Origin: Selaginella moellendorffii
Lineage: Eukaryota; Plantae; Lycopodiophyta
Length of the DNA: 64,000 nt
Assembly: GCF_000143415.4 (NCBI RefSeq)
Contig: NW_003314375.1
Span: 310,001 to 374,000 of the forward strand
Reading direction: 5' to 3'
The position numbers were made by a program, and so were the translations under genes. The notes beneath the pieces were generated by a model. That model ran no database searches and was not told the origin of the DNA. It saw nothing but the letters and a program-made list of their open reading frames with translations. This document shows, piece by piece, positions 1 to 11,356 of the stretch. Positions within the stretch are counted from its first letter, which is position 1. Each line of letters begins with the position of its first letter.

Positions 1-3000
1 CCAGTGCAGTGAGCCTGCTCGGCTTTTCTACATTTTCTCCTTGTCGGGTCTAGTGGATCTTTTGAGCGCTATTCCCATTTTCAACGTTTTCAGGTAAACT
101 GTTTGAGATGTTTTTCAACGGATGAACTATGATTGTGAATCAACTCAGGTATCGCAAAGCCGGCGGTGATGTTTATAACTTGCTTCAGTTTCTTCGCATT
201 GTAAGGTACTCTTATGCGATTGGTAATTATGGCAGTTCGATAACTTTTTCGGTTGTTACAGAATATCATCTTGCATTACGAAGCTAGGAATGGCTGGAAG
301 CACGTTAACCCAACAGATTATTCTATTAATCTTCTCCACTGCTGGCGCAGGTTTTAAATCAACTTGAATTTATTGATACTTAATCTGTTTCTATACAGTC
401 GTTCTTGTTGCTGGTATTATTCAATGGCTGGAGTATCATGGTGCTTCTGAAAAAACCAAACGGATGTGTCCCCTAGAAGGGTGCATGTCTTTCTGGGACG
501 CATTCTATTTCGTCATTGTTACGGTATGTTGCACGCTTGTTTTGAACTTCAAGCAAGAAACGTCTTTCTTTTTAATAGATTGCGACTGTTGGATACGGAG
601 ATGTTGTTCCCGTAACAATTCAAGGCCAGGCTGCTATCATCATCACAATTATGATTGCCGTAGCCATTCTTCCCATACAAGTGAGCAGGATCAGTACTCT
701 TGCATACAATAGGTACAATGTTTGTGTTTTATCTTCTCTTCTTTCTTACGGGGCATCCCGTCCCAGACCTTACGGTGGTACTTTCAACTCAAGAAAGGTG
801 CTCGGGTCACGATTTCTGATTATAGGCGGCAGCATAGAGCTGCGCGTGATTCAGATTTTTCTTGCAGAACTTTATAATCCTACCCATGCTGAAGGTGAGA
901 GAATGCTTTAGTCGCGCAGCTGTTAATATTCGGACTTACAGCTCGGATGATTCTCAGATCTAGAAATCTATCCTATGCACGTTATTATTCTCGCGCCATT
1001 TACTCCATCGTAAGAGCTACGTTTTCAAACTTGTCATACTTAGCTGTTCCATTTTTGTAGATTCGAGTTGCAGCAGTTGCTGTCCCTTTACAATAATCAA
1101 GTGGAGTTCTACGAAGGGTGCCCGTCACAGACATCAGACCTGGATCGTATTAGCGCAGACAAGGCGTCAGCTTTTTTCCTTTTGGCGGACAAGGAGACAT
1201 TGGTAATCTGATTTTATATTCGGTAACAAAATTGCTATCTCAAGTGGCTTTGCAGGATCCAAGAACAGAAGATCATACTCAAATTTTTAGAGCTTTGGCT
1301 GTAAGCCGTTATTGCAAAGGTCGAGTTCGGATAGTTGTTGAAGTACTAGACCCTGATGCTCTGAGATGTAGCGTTTGGGATAATGCTTATGGGCAGGGGA
1401 TTGAGGTTATTTGCCAGACAAAGCTGCATAACAAGCTACTAGCTCGCAGGTCCAGTTCAATTCACATTTTTTATGTGTCAATTCGACTATATCGTTCTTT
1501 CTTGGTTGCAGTTGTACGATCAAGGGTCTCTATACTTTTATTACAAATTTGTTTACGTCCGAAATTCAGCTACATAATATACCTTCGATGCGTCACATAG
1601 TTGAGTATAATCACAGTTTTGACAACGAAGTGTATCCATTGATTTTTCCAAGCGCTTTTCACGGTCTGCTTTTTGAAGAGGCAAGTATTTTTCTTTTTCC
1701 ATCCTTATACTGAATCATGTTGTTTTTGTATGCAGGTTACGGAATTTATATACTCTTCGTTCAATATAACACTCTTTGCGTTAGACACAAGTGGAACGGT
1801 TTTGCTGCACCCAAAAGGACATAGTATCTCCTCAAATGACATTGGTCTTGTGATGGCAACGAGCCTCAATACCGTCTACAGCATATCTAAGTTCGAAGGG
1901 ACTTGCTCAAATCCTCAAAGTCGCGAGCGTAAGCTCTTGGAGTCTGTGAGCTCCCGGTGGAAGAAGCTGGGTTCAGTGGCCTCTTTTAAAAGACAGGAGA
2001 TACCTGGTATAGACTCATATTTAGATGGCAGCCAACCGGTTCCCGTGCCTTCGAGTCCTGTGGGACATCACAAGCTGATCGTTAGTCTCAGAGACGCTGT
2101 CGAAAAGAATCACGCTGCATTGCTCAGCGGCAATGGCTTCAGCGACTCTACGGAGATCGACGCATTGACCAGTAATTACTTGGAAGGAGAACCATCTGCA
2201 GCATTGGAAGCGTCCATGGACTGGACGCTTGCATGGCCTTCAGCAGACATTTATGGTCGACCGCACGCTGTTTTGCTCGAAAGGAACGAGCAGAAAATTT
2301 TGCAAGACCTCCAAAGAAGGAGCATCGCAATCGTTAGCTTGAAGAAGGCACACATACTGGTTTGCTGTCAAGGCAAATGGCCAGCCAATCTGTTTTACTT
2401 TCTACTCGAGCTCCGAAAGCCAACGTTTCCGAATCATCCGGTGGTGATTCTACATCCATCCCAACCGGATTTCTATCAGTGGGGATCAGTCGGCGTTTTC
2501 AAAGACGTATTTTTCGTGAAGGGCTCGCCGATTCACGAGCTTGATTTAATGCGTGCTGGAGTCATTCATGCAGGTATGTTTTTCAAGGTTTTTCTATGAA
2601 GTTTTTTTAACCTTTGATTGCTATGATTTAGACAAAGTCATTGTTCTTGCGTATCCTGGATCTCCGATTGATGCCAGTGGGAAAGGTGTTCAGCAAACTG
2701 CTGATACCCGGAAGAATCCAGGGGCTTACACCAGTGACGTAGACGGCATTATAATTCTGGCCAACATCGAGCGCTTGCTTCACGGTGACCTCACCAAAGT
2801 CGTGATTGAGATGCAGCATGCGATTGGCTTGCACTACCTGTGGCCGTATAGCCAGATCCCAAGTTGCTCTATACCTGCGGACGCTTACAAACGCAACCCT
2901 GACGCTGTTGCTCACTTTGCACCCGCATACATGGAAGGACGAGCCGTCTCCCCAAGCATGCTCAGCTTTCTCATGTAAGCACATAAGTCTTCTATTCGTT

Positions 3001-3329
3001 TTTTACTTTTTTTGATATTGAGTGTGTTTACTCGCAGGCGCTCCTCGTTCTACAACAAGAATACCAGCTCAATCGTAGAGCAGCTTGTGGAGGGCAGCGT
3101 TGACGACAGCAAGCATGCTCGGGTTTTGGAGCAGTTCGAAGCTCCACAAAAGTACGTGAATCGTTCCTACGGTGATATGTTCTCGGAGCTCCTGGCAGAG
3201 AGAGGCATGCTCGCCTTGGGTCTCTACCGAGCAAAGGGAACGCATGGCAGTCCGTGTCCATACGTCTTCACGAATCCGCCCATGGACTCCATCGTCAGCG
3301 CAGAAGATCTCGTCTTCGCTCTCATCTGA
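1..3329 (+). CDS. BK/Slo-family K+ channel with two RCK domains, multi-exon, 5' end outside window
   Basis: Spliced exons read S3 (GLVDLLSAIP), S4 (QFLRIVRI), S5, pore helix FWDAFYFVIVT + IATVGYGD (TVGYGD 585-602), S6, RCK1 (RFLIIGG; DLDRISADKASAFFLLAD), RCK2 (HILVCC; FFVKGSP..DLMRAG), and the end LGLYR..PYVFTNPP..DLVFALI*. Confidence 0.9.
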
Positions 3330-3496
3330 GAGGAGCTCTTGTAAGTTGGCATGCCTGGGTACCTCGAGGTGGTGATGACGCGTGTTTGTTTACGTGGCAG
3401 TTGTGGGGAGTGCCACGTTTTCACCAAGATCGCTTGTTGGCACCGTTGCGAAGTTTAGGCTGGGTTATTTGTGGAGTCGGGGATTTTAGAGTAGCG

Positions 3497-4987
3497 ATGG
3501 TGAAGACAGGTGAAGGCAGTGGCGGCAGGTTCAAGGAGAGGGGAAGAAAATGTCTCAAGAAGACCCTCAAGTCGGCTGGACTCCAGGGGCTTTGGAAATT
3601 CTTGACGGCGGACTCTTATATGTATGGGGCGCTTCTCTCTCCAGCAGTAACTGCGACTTCGGCTGAGTCTGCCTTAAGGAAAGGTGCTTGATCTTTTCTT
3701 GTTTGGTTTGTTCAAAATGTTGACCCAAGAGTTCTTGTGATAAAATGCAGAGTTCCAGAGGAGGAAAAAGATGCGGGTTATTAGGAATGCTCGGGAAGCC
3801 AGGCTCTCTCACAAGCCTGACGATAGCAGTCACGCCAAGAAGAGCCAACAGTTGCCTCAGCAAACTCTCGGCCACAATGTGAACGGCGTTGCTACTCCTG
3901 ACGGTCGCGAGAAGTTCGCGTCGAGGGTGAACATCGAGAATTTGTCGTCCATGAACGAGGACACGGAGACAGAGGATACTTCAACGCTTGAAAGCAGCGA
4001 CCAGCATGCTAGGAGTGAGGACGGCGGCTTCCTCGATGATGAGAAGGCCAAAGAGGTACGCTTATCCTTTCTACTTTTCTCTCTCTCTTAAGAATTCTCT
4101 TGGCAGTTGTGTGACTGACTATTTTCGTTTTTGTACAGGTCTTTTCGAAACTGGTGAACAAGTTCGGTGGGAGAACATCCAAGGCCCTTGGTATCGATGT
4201 AGACAAAGGAGACGACGAAGTCGAAAAGTGGTTTCTTGCTGTGGCCTTGTTCAACCGCAGCACGGCGCTAGATGTTTGCAGCGACACGTTCAAGGTACTA
4301 TGGTAAAAATCCGATCTTTCTTGAGTTTCCGTTAACGTCTTTGTCATCAGAACATCGTTACTTCAGGGATCACAAAGCTCACCGATGTTCTCAAGGCTGA
4401 CCTGGAAGAGAACGCCAAGGTGCTAGAGAGGGCCGGCTACACGAGCTACCCAGAGAGGTGCGTTCCGGGGTCTGGGTTTCGTCTGGACAAACTTCCCTTT
4501 CTTTGAATGTTGCAGAACTGCTGCTCGACTGCAAAGGCTGGCACTACAGCTGAAAACTGAACACGCTGGTGCCGTATGCTCGTTCAAGACTATCAGCGAC
4601 CCCTCCGAACTAAACAGGCAGCTAAGTGGCTTGTTCGGACTGAGCCAGAGCAGCATACGCTTGTTCCTTAGGTACCTGTCAAACGAGTTCTACTTGGCGT
4701 AGCAAAACGAGCGAATGTTGTTTCCACAGGGAAATGCGAGGAGTGTGGCCTGTTATCAGCTCAACATTCGATAGGCGTGCGGAGAACGCAGCCAGGCATC
4801 TTAGATTGATCGGCTGCAAGATTGGTTCCACTGGTACGTAAGCCTCGATCGGTCAAGCAGAGAGTTTGAACAGTTCTCTTTTCCAGATGAGCGGGATGTT
4901 GAAGCCGCACTGACCAAGCTTGGCTTCTCTCACGCGCGCCACTACCGGGAGTGTTCCGGAGGAAGCGCTTGTGAAATGTTAAACTAG
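3497..4987 (+). CDS. 7-exon gene: plant-type N-terminus fused to HhH-GPD (endonuclease III-like fold) domain resembling prokaryotic proteins
   Basis: Exons 3497-3683, 3751-4055, 4139-4294, 4351-4457, 4516-4671, 4730-4833, 4887-4987, all GT-AG and in frame. Motifs ALGIDVD..VEKWFLA..LF, AGYTSYPERTAARL, LFGLSQSSIRLFLREMRGVWP. Confidence 0.75.
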
Positions 4988-5059
4988 AGACTTGTGGAGG
5001 GACAATAGATGGTAAAAAGAGAGGTAGATATAGTTGATGTTGTCTAACTTTCTAAACAT

Positions 5060-5529
5060 TCAAGGATTGACGATCTTGTTGGGGGTGTTGACAAGCCTGC
5101 GAACTTTGTCCGCGAGATGAGCCTCGTGATCTTCCAGGCGATCGAGAATTGTGCCAGAGCTCCAGCGGATCAGCGTGGGAACGCCCGTGAGCCGAAAGCG
5201 TGGATCGATCCTCAAAGGATGAGCAGGGTCCCGCCAAGTCGGCTTGTCGCCCACATTCACTCTCACAAGCGTGACTTTGTGCCCAGCGCTCTCCACTTCT
5301 TTGTAGATCACTGGCTCAGCTCTCACGCAATCTAGCAGGAAAAAAGAAAGAGAAGATCAAAGGGAGAGGTTACTTGTCTAGATTGCTCACCTGGGCACCA
5401 GCTCTGGCCGATGGAAGGGATTCGATCCCCCAGGAAGAGCAGCAGCACGGCGCCACCGCCTTGCTTCTCGGCGGCCTCGAGCACGCCATCCAAATCGCCG
5501 ACGCTGGAGTCCACAATCGCGGCCGCCAT
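5060..5529 (-). CDS. Thioredoxin-like protein Clot / TRP14 (TXNDC17 family)
   Basis: Two exons (5529-5391, 5331-5060) join to give SWCPDCVRAEPVI; also VGDKPTWRDPAHPLR..LTGVPTLIRW. Confidence 0.92.
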
Positions 5530-5562
5530 GCCCTAGGTTTGCTCGGCAATGGCGGCAATGGC

Positions 5563-7608
5563 ATGAGAAGCTTGGCCGAGTTTGTCTACAATGTCGATCG
5601 ATTCGGCGACGCCTTCCACATCGAGCGCGCGGCCTACGCCAATCTCCTCCGCCAGTGCATCGCTTGCAAATCTCTCCGGGAGGGCAAGCGTCTTCACGCT
5701 CACATCGTCGCCTCTCGCCAGGATCAGGACACTCTCCTTGGAAATCTCCTCATCCAGATGTATTCCAGCTGTGGATCCATGGATGAGGCGCATCTGGCCT
5801 TCTCGCGGATCCAGAGATCCAACACATTCTCCTGGAACATCCTCTTGGGGGCATATGTCAAGAATGGGGATATTGTTCTTGCCAGGGAAGTCTTCGATCG
5901 AATGCCACAGTGGGGACTCGTGTCGTTCAATTCGATTCTCACGGCCTACTCGCGCATCGGATCGCCAGAAAAATCGGCCGCGATCTTCCACTGGATGCCG
6001 GAGCTGGATGAGATCTCCTGGAACGCGATGATCGCAGCATTTGCCCATAGCGGGCATTCATTCGCGGCCAAGAACCTCTTCGATCGGATGCCGGGATGGA
6101 GCGAGGCTTCCTGGACGCTCGTAATCCACGCGCTCGCGACGCAGGGCCACTTGGATCTCGCGACGAGCATGAAAGATCGATTTGGATTCAAGAGCGCCGC
6201 GATCTCTAGCATCCTCGTCATGGCACACGCTAGCGAGGGAAATCTCTCGCGGGCTAGAACGGCATTCGAGGAGCTGGCTGCTCCAGATCTAGCAGCGTGC
6301 AATGTGATGATCGCGGCATTCGCACAGAATCGAGACCACATCGGCGCCAAGAATCTCTTCGAGAGGATGGGAGAAAGAAACATCGTTTCTTGGAATTCTT
6401 TGATCACCGCGCACGCCAAGAACGCCGAGCCCGAGCTCGCGAGAGCTGTTCTTGGCAAGATGCCGCAGCACGACATCGTCTCCTCCACCGCCGCGATGCT
6501 TGGCTACGCTTACACCGGCGATATGTCCTCCGCCATAGCGCTCTTCCTGGCGATGCCGCAAAGGAATCTCATCTCTTGGAACACACTCGTCTCCGCCTAT
6601 GGTCACAGCGCGAGCGTGGAAGGCGCCGAGGATTCCTTCGCGAGGATGCCGAAGTGGAGCATTTCGTCGTGGATTGGATTGATCATCGGCTACTGCCAAG
6701 GCGGCCGGATCCAATCTGCCCTGGCCGTCTTCCGCGATCTTCCAGCGAAGAACACCTCGGCTTGCAACGCGATGCTCACGGGATTGTGCCTCAACGCTGT
6801 GATGGACGAGGCGCTGGCGCTGTTCTTGGCGATTCCTGCCAGGGACGTGATCTCCTGGAGCGCGATCGTCACCGGCTTCCTCCAGAGCGGCGACGCTCGA
6901 TCGGCGATGAAATATTTCTTGCTCATGGATCTTGATGGAATCAAGCCCGACGAGATGGCCTTCTTGGTGGCGATCGATTCGTGTGGCGCTGCATCGGATC
7001 TAGCTCGCGGCCGGTTCCTCCACGCTGAGATTGACGCTGCTGGCTACGATTCCAGCTCCACGGTCGCGAATTCGCTGGTCGGGATGTATGGCAAGTGTGG
7101 AAATCTCCAAGAAGCAAGGCGGCTATTCGATCGCGGGGGTGCCAGGCGGAGCTCCGGGCTGTGGAACACGATGATCTCTTGCTACTCCCAGGCCGGATTT
7201 GTGAGGGAGGCGCTGGATCTACTCCATGCGATGGAGCAAGATGGAACAATCCCGACGGCCGTGACCTACATCGCGGCGCTCAGCGCTTGCAGCCATATGG
7301 GGCTCGTGGAGCTGGGGACGCATCACTTCACGGCGATGAGTGAGAGCTATGGAATCGCACCCGCGGCCGAGCACTACGCTTGCATGATCGATCTGCTCAG
7401 CCGAGCCGGAATTCTCGAGAGCGCCGAGGAATTCGTGGAGAGAATGCCAGTGGCGCCGGATGGAATCGCGTGGACGGCGTTGTTGGGCGCTTGCAAGAGC
7501 CATGGGGGCGTCGATGCGGCGGAGAGAGTGGCGGAGAGAGCGCTCCAAAAGGGCGGGCAGTGGGCGTCGTCCTACATTCTCCTCTCCAACTTGCAAGCTT
7601 GTTCTTGA
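5563..7608 (+). CDS. PLS-class PPR protein with E-type extension and no DYW domain; likely organellar RNA editing factor
   Basis: Intronless ORF with repeated SWNAMI/SWNSLI/FDRMP motifs, NSLVGMYGKCG, HYACMIDLLSRAG, WTALLGACKSH..SYILLSN; first in-frame ATG at 5563. Confidence 0.93.
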   Translation: MRSLAEFVYNVDRFGDAFHIERAAYANLLRQCIACKSLREGKRLHAHIVASRQDQDTLLGNLLIQMYSSCGSMDEAHLAFSRIQRSNTFSWNILLGAYVKNGDIVLAREVFDRMPQWGLVSFNSILTAYSRIGSPEKSAAIFHWMPELDEISWNAMIAAFAHSGHSFAAKNLFDRMPGWSEASWTLVIHALATQGHLDLATSMKDRFGFKSAAISSILVMAHASEGNLSRARTAFEELAAPDLAACNVMIAAFAQNRDHIGAKNLFERMGERNIVSWNSLITAHAKNAEPELARAVLGKMPQHDIVSSTAAMLGYAYTGDMSSAIALFLAMPQRNLISWNTLVSAYGHSASVEGAEDSFARMPKWSISSWIGLIIGYCQGGRIQSALAVFRDLPAKNTSACNAMLTGLCLNAVMDEALALFLAIPARDVISWSAIVTGFLQSGDARSAMKYFLLMDLDGIKPDEMAFLVAIDSCGAASDLARGRFLHAEIDAAGYDSSSTVANSLVGMYGKCGNLQEARRLFDRGGARRSSGLWNTMISCYSQAGFVREALDLLHAMEQDGTIPTAVTYIAALSACSHMGLVELGTHHFTAMSESYGIAPAAEHYACMIDLLSRAGILESAEEFVERMPVAPDGIAWTALLGACKSHGGVDAAERVAERALQKGGQWASSYILLSNLQACS

Positions 7609-7712
7609 GGGGGATATTCCGGTGGTCTTCGGCATCTTCCGTGAGCAACGCATCTTCCGTGAGGTTTGTATTTTTCCCTCCAAGCTCTAGATTTTGGAGT
7701 CAGACCAAGCGC

Positions 7713-7720
7713 TAGGGTTT
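7713..7720 (-). promoter_or_regulatory. Telo-box (AAACCCTA) upstream of the ATG at 7736
   Basis: tagggttt 15 nt before the ATG. Confidence 0.45.
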
Positions 7721-7735
7721 TTGGAGCTGAAGAAG

Positions 7736-9043
7736 ATGCGTCGGCACGGCGAGCCCGCAAAGGAGAATCGGCGTCCTCCAGGTACTAATCTCCAGCTTCG
7801 GCACTGCTCCTCGAATCTCCTCCGCCGTCCTCTCGGAGAGCGCAAGCCTTGCAAAAAATCTCCCAGATCAGGAGCTGACAATGCGGCCACTGCCGTGGAT
7901 GTGGCGCCGTGTCTCAAGTGGCTCGAGGCTACCGTTGCTCAATCTCGGGTGATCGCAGCAGCAGCGAAGCAGCCAGATCCAGTCCAGGTTTCTCCTCCCA
8001 GGTCGAGCGGCACTGCTGGGAATCACATCGCTCCTCCAGCACAGCCGTCTTGTTCCCCCGATATTCTCCGGAAGAAAGCCTCTCGCGACTTGGATGGATG
8101 TTTTGGAATCGGACCCACTGTCAAGGGAGACGTGAAAGACCGCCGCAAGTCGAAGCCCCGAGCGCTCTTGACAGTCGAAGCCTTACCAAAGGTTGCTACC
8201 ATTTTGCACAAGGAGAAGAAAGTACCAAGGCCGGGACGAGCTTCACTGGAATGGATATCTGACGATCCAGACAGTGAGTCGACTACAGATATCAGCGGCA
8301 CTTGTGACGGATCTTCTGGGGACAGCAGTCTCTGTTCTGGGTTCCTGCAACAGGACCTTTTGGAAAGATGGCACCATTTACGTGCTAGCAAGATTTACTC
8401 TCGGCTAGACGTCGACAGTGATGCGTCCTTCTCGGACTCTTGGGACACTGTTCCTCACTGTTGGCACGAGGAAAAAGCCATTGGCAGCTCCCCTCTGGCG
8501 GAAAAGAAGAGCGACGAGACTAGTGAGCTGATGAAGCACCAGGTCCAGGACGCATCGCTGCCGAGCCAGCTTTCGTTTAAAGACAGTGAGACAGAAATAA
8601 CAGTATTTAGTTCACAGATGGAGACAGTGATGGGGGCGTATGAGAGCTGCCACAGGCGCTTAGGAACTTTTACAGGGTCTATCGATCAACAGGAATGTGA
8701 CAAGATGAAGCCGAGTCTCCCCCAGCTTGTGGTTGCTGACGCGTTACGAAAGATGAGCTTTAGCCAGATCCGGGAACAATCACCCCCAGAGGTCGAGAAG
8801 GAGGTTGCTGAATTGACACGACCGGAGGATGAACTCTTTCCGAACGGCTTTGACAGCATCAGTGAAAAGGTACGTTTATCTATCAAGTTGCTCAAGTATT
8901 GGCAGGAGCATAGTAGTCGATATGAACTTCCGGACACAATTCCGGACTGGTTCAAGGTTGCTGTCGCCGCTGGTTTTCTGGTGACCGGTGTAGTTCTTGC
9001 AGTCTATTTTTCTCAGCAACGGTTTTACCATCCGAGGGAATGA
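7736..9043 (+). CDS. Uncharacterised Ser-rich protein with possible C-terminal transmembrane anchor
   Basis: About 435-codon ORF ending in hydrophobic VAVAAGFLVTGVVLAVYF; splicing at the C-terminus is ambiguous. Confidence 0.65.
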   Translation: MRRHGEPAKENRRPPGTNLQLRHCSSNLLRRPLGERKPCKKSPRSGADNAATAVDVAPCLKWLEATVAQSRVIAAAAKQPDPVQVSPPRSSGTAGNHIAPPAQPSCSPDILRKKASRDLDGCFGIGPTVKGDVKDRRKSKPRALLTVEALPKVATILHKEKKVPRPGRASLEWISDDPDSESTTDISGTCDGSSGDSSLCSGFLQQDLLERWHHLRASKIYSRLDVDSDASFSDSWDTVPHCWHEEKAIGSSPLAEKKSDETSELMKHQVQDASLPSQLSFKDSETEITVFSSQMETVMGAYESCHRRLGTFTGSIDQQECDKMKPSLPQLVVADALRKMSFSQIREQSPPEVEKEVAELTRPEDELFPNGFDSISEKVRLSIKLLKYWQEHSSRYELPDTIPDWFKVAVAAGFLVTGVVLAVYFSQQRFYHPRE

Positions 9044-9431
9044 GTGTCTGAAGCTAGATGGTATCCCTTTCTTTTCTTCTGGCTTCCGCTTAGCGTTTTT
9101 AGTCTCCGTTATGTTTTCTCGGTTTTTGACGTGCTTTCCTTCTCTTCCATTGCAGGTCAGGGGCTTGCAGATTGAGCTCAAAGAATTGCTTTGTTCAGGT
9201 GATCACTTATGCTTTTATTTTGACGCGTTTAATCCTACTTTGTTCTACAGATTCCTGGCAAACCAAGTGATACTTCTTATGTCCAGCTTCCTATGTCCAG
9301 CTGCAAATTTAGTCGCTATCCCTGGTGCCAACCACGTCCATGGAGCGCCCAAGGCAATGAAGCATTAATCAAGGCTTCTTTATCTGCTAGACCTGGTCGG
9401 AGGAGGTTTGGCCTGGTAGAGGCGGAAGAGG

Positions 9432-11273
9432 ATGGGCCTAAACGAAGAGTTAATAGCGGTGGTAGTGTTCCTTCTGGTCTCTATGGGATGCTCTGATCTA
9501 GACTCGGATAGGGAGGCTCTTTTGAGTTTTAAAGAGAAGGCAGATTTGAAGCAGACTCTCGGATCGAGTTGGACGGGCAATAATCCCTGTACTGACAACT
9601 GGGATGGTGTAATCTGCAACTCAGATAATCGCGTAGTTAAACTCAGGCTTGAGAACCGCAGGTTTCCAGGTGTTTTAGAGAACGGTTTAGGCCAGTTGAC
9701 GGAGTTGAAAGTTCTAAGCTTGAAGGGAAATAACTTGACGGGCAGAATTCCATCGGACTTATCCAGGTGTAGGAGATTACAGAAGCTGTATCTCAACTCC
9801 AATCGACTTGAAGGATCGATTCCGGAAGCTCTTCTCACGCTGCAAGATCTCGACAGGGTGGACGTCTCCAACAATCATCTGAGTGGATCTATCCCAGCAG
9901 CGATAGGTGGTTTGCGGAAGCTGCTCACATTGCGTCTAGAGATGAATTCCCTGACTGGCGGAGTTCCCGACGTGTCCAACATACCAAACTTGACAGACTT
10001 CAATGTTTCCTGGAACAACTTGAGCGGTCCTGTTCCCAGCGCTATGGCAAGTAGATATCCGACAGCGTACTTTGGGAACTCAGCTCTCTGTGGACCCCCG
10101 AGCTTCGCTCCTTGTCCTCCAAAGTCCAGGACGCAGAAACCTTCTCAGCAGATTATTGTCATCATTGCCGTTGCGGTCATCGGTGCGTTTGTCCTCATTT
10201 TTTCGGCCTTATTTTTCGGCTACAGATACCTCCGTGCATCGTCCAAAGACGTTGATAAGTCCGACACAGCAACAACAGGAACCGAGAAGAAAGAGATGGC
10301 ATCCGGCGACATTGTCTTTGTCACAAGGGATGCTGGCAAGTTTCAGCTCGCGGACCTCCTCCAAGCTTCCGCAGAGCTGCTTGGCAAGGGAAGCCTCGGG
10401 AGCACTTACAAAGCCCTCTGTACTGGAGGCTTCGTAGCAGTGAAGAGGCTAGTGGACCGGACGGGATGCAGCAAGAAGGTGTTCGAGAGGAGAATGGGAA
10501 TTGTCGGCCGAATGACGCATACGAATCTCCTGCGGCTGAGAGCTTTTTATTTTTATGCCAGGATCGAGAAGCTGCTGGTATACGACTACATGCCAAAGGG
10601 AAGCTTGCACAACGTCTTGCATGGTAAGTGAATCTCGCAAGTTTCTTTCTAAAGCCAAGTGACATTTCTACCAGGTAACAGTCCGGGAACTCCGTCCAGG
10701 CTTTCGTGGTCCAAACGCCTCAAGATCTCTCTAGGCGTTGCAAGATGTTTAAAGTTCCTGCACCACCAGTGCAAGCTCCCGCATGGCAACATCAAGTCGT
10801 CCAACGTTCTTCTCACCGAGAGGTACGAGGCTCGAGTTTCCGACTTTGGCCTGTTACCCTTCGTTCCTAGCGATCAAGCGCTGGAGAAGAACGGCTACAG
10901 AGCTCCCGAGTGCCAGACTGCCTCGGACATATCAAGAAAGGCAGACGTCTTCAGCTTCGGAGTCATCCTGCTAGAGCTGCTCACTGGAAAGCTCCCGGCG
11001 GAAGAAGCAGCTAGCGGTGGAGACCAGGCTGGGAACTCATCGAAGATGGATCTTCCCAGCTGGGTGATAGCAACCGTGAACGACGAGTGGACGTCGGCAG
11101 TGTTTGACAACGCCATCGAGGTTTCCAAGCAAGAACAGATGGTCGGGCTGCTCAAAGTCGCCATGGCCTGCGTAACTCGAGCAGCCGAGGAGAGGCCCAA
11201 GATGATCCAAGTCGTGCAGATGATTGAAGAAGTGGATGCAATAGAGGTCAGTCCAGACTTGAGCTACATTTAA
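9432..11273 (+). CDS. LRR receptor-like kinase, LRR-III atypical type
   Basis: Signal peptide, DREALLSFK cap, LRRs, TM, FQLADLLQASAELLGKGSLG, HGNIKSSN (catalytic Asp replaced by Asn), DFG; intron 10624-10674. Confidence 0.93.
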
Positions 11274-11356
11274 TTCTTCGTCTCGATCCAGAGAACACCT
11301 TGTTCTTTCTTTTTTCTTCTACCTTTTTTCTTTGGTTCTAGCATCTAAAGTTCTAT

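Noticed and set aside
5374-5562. N-terminal part of the 744-aa PPR ORF
   Set aside because: TTG start lying antisense to Clot exon 1; probably not translated
9061-9070. gtatcccttt as a U12 donor
   Set aside because: Deviates from GTATCCTT and has no convincing U12 branch point
10790-10805. Missing catalytic Asp in the RLK as a novelty
   Set aside because: HGNIKSSN is normal for LRR-III atypical kinases
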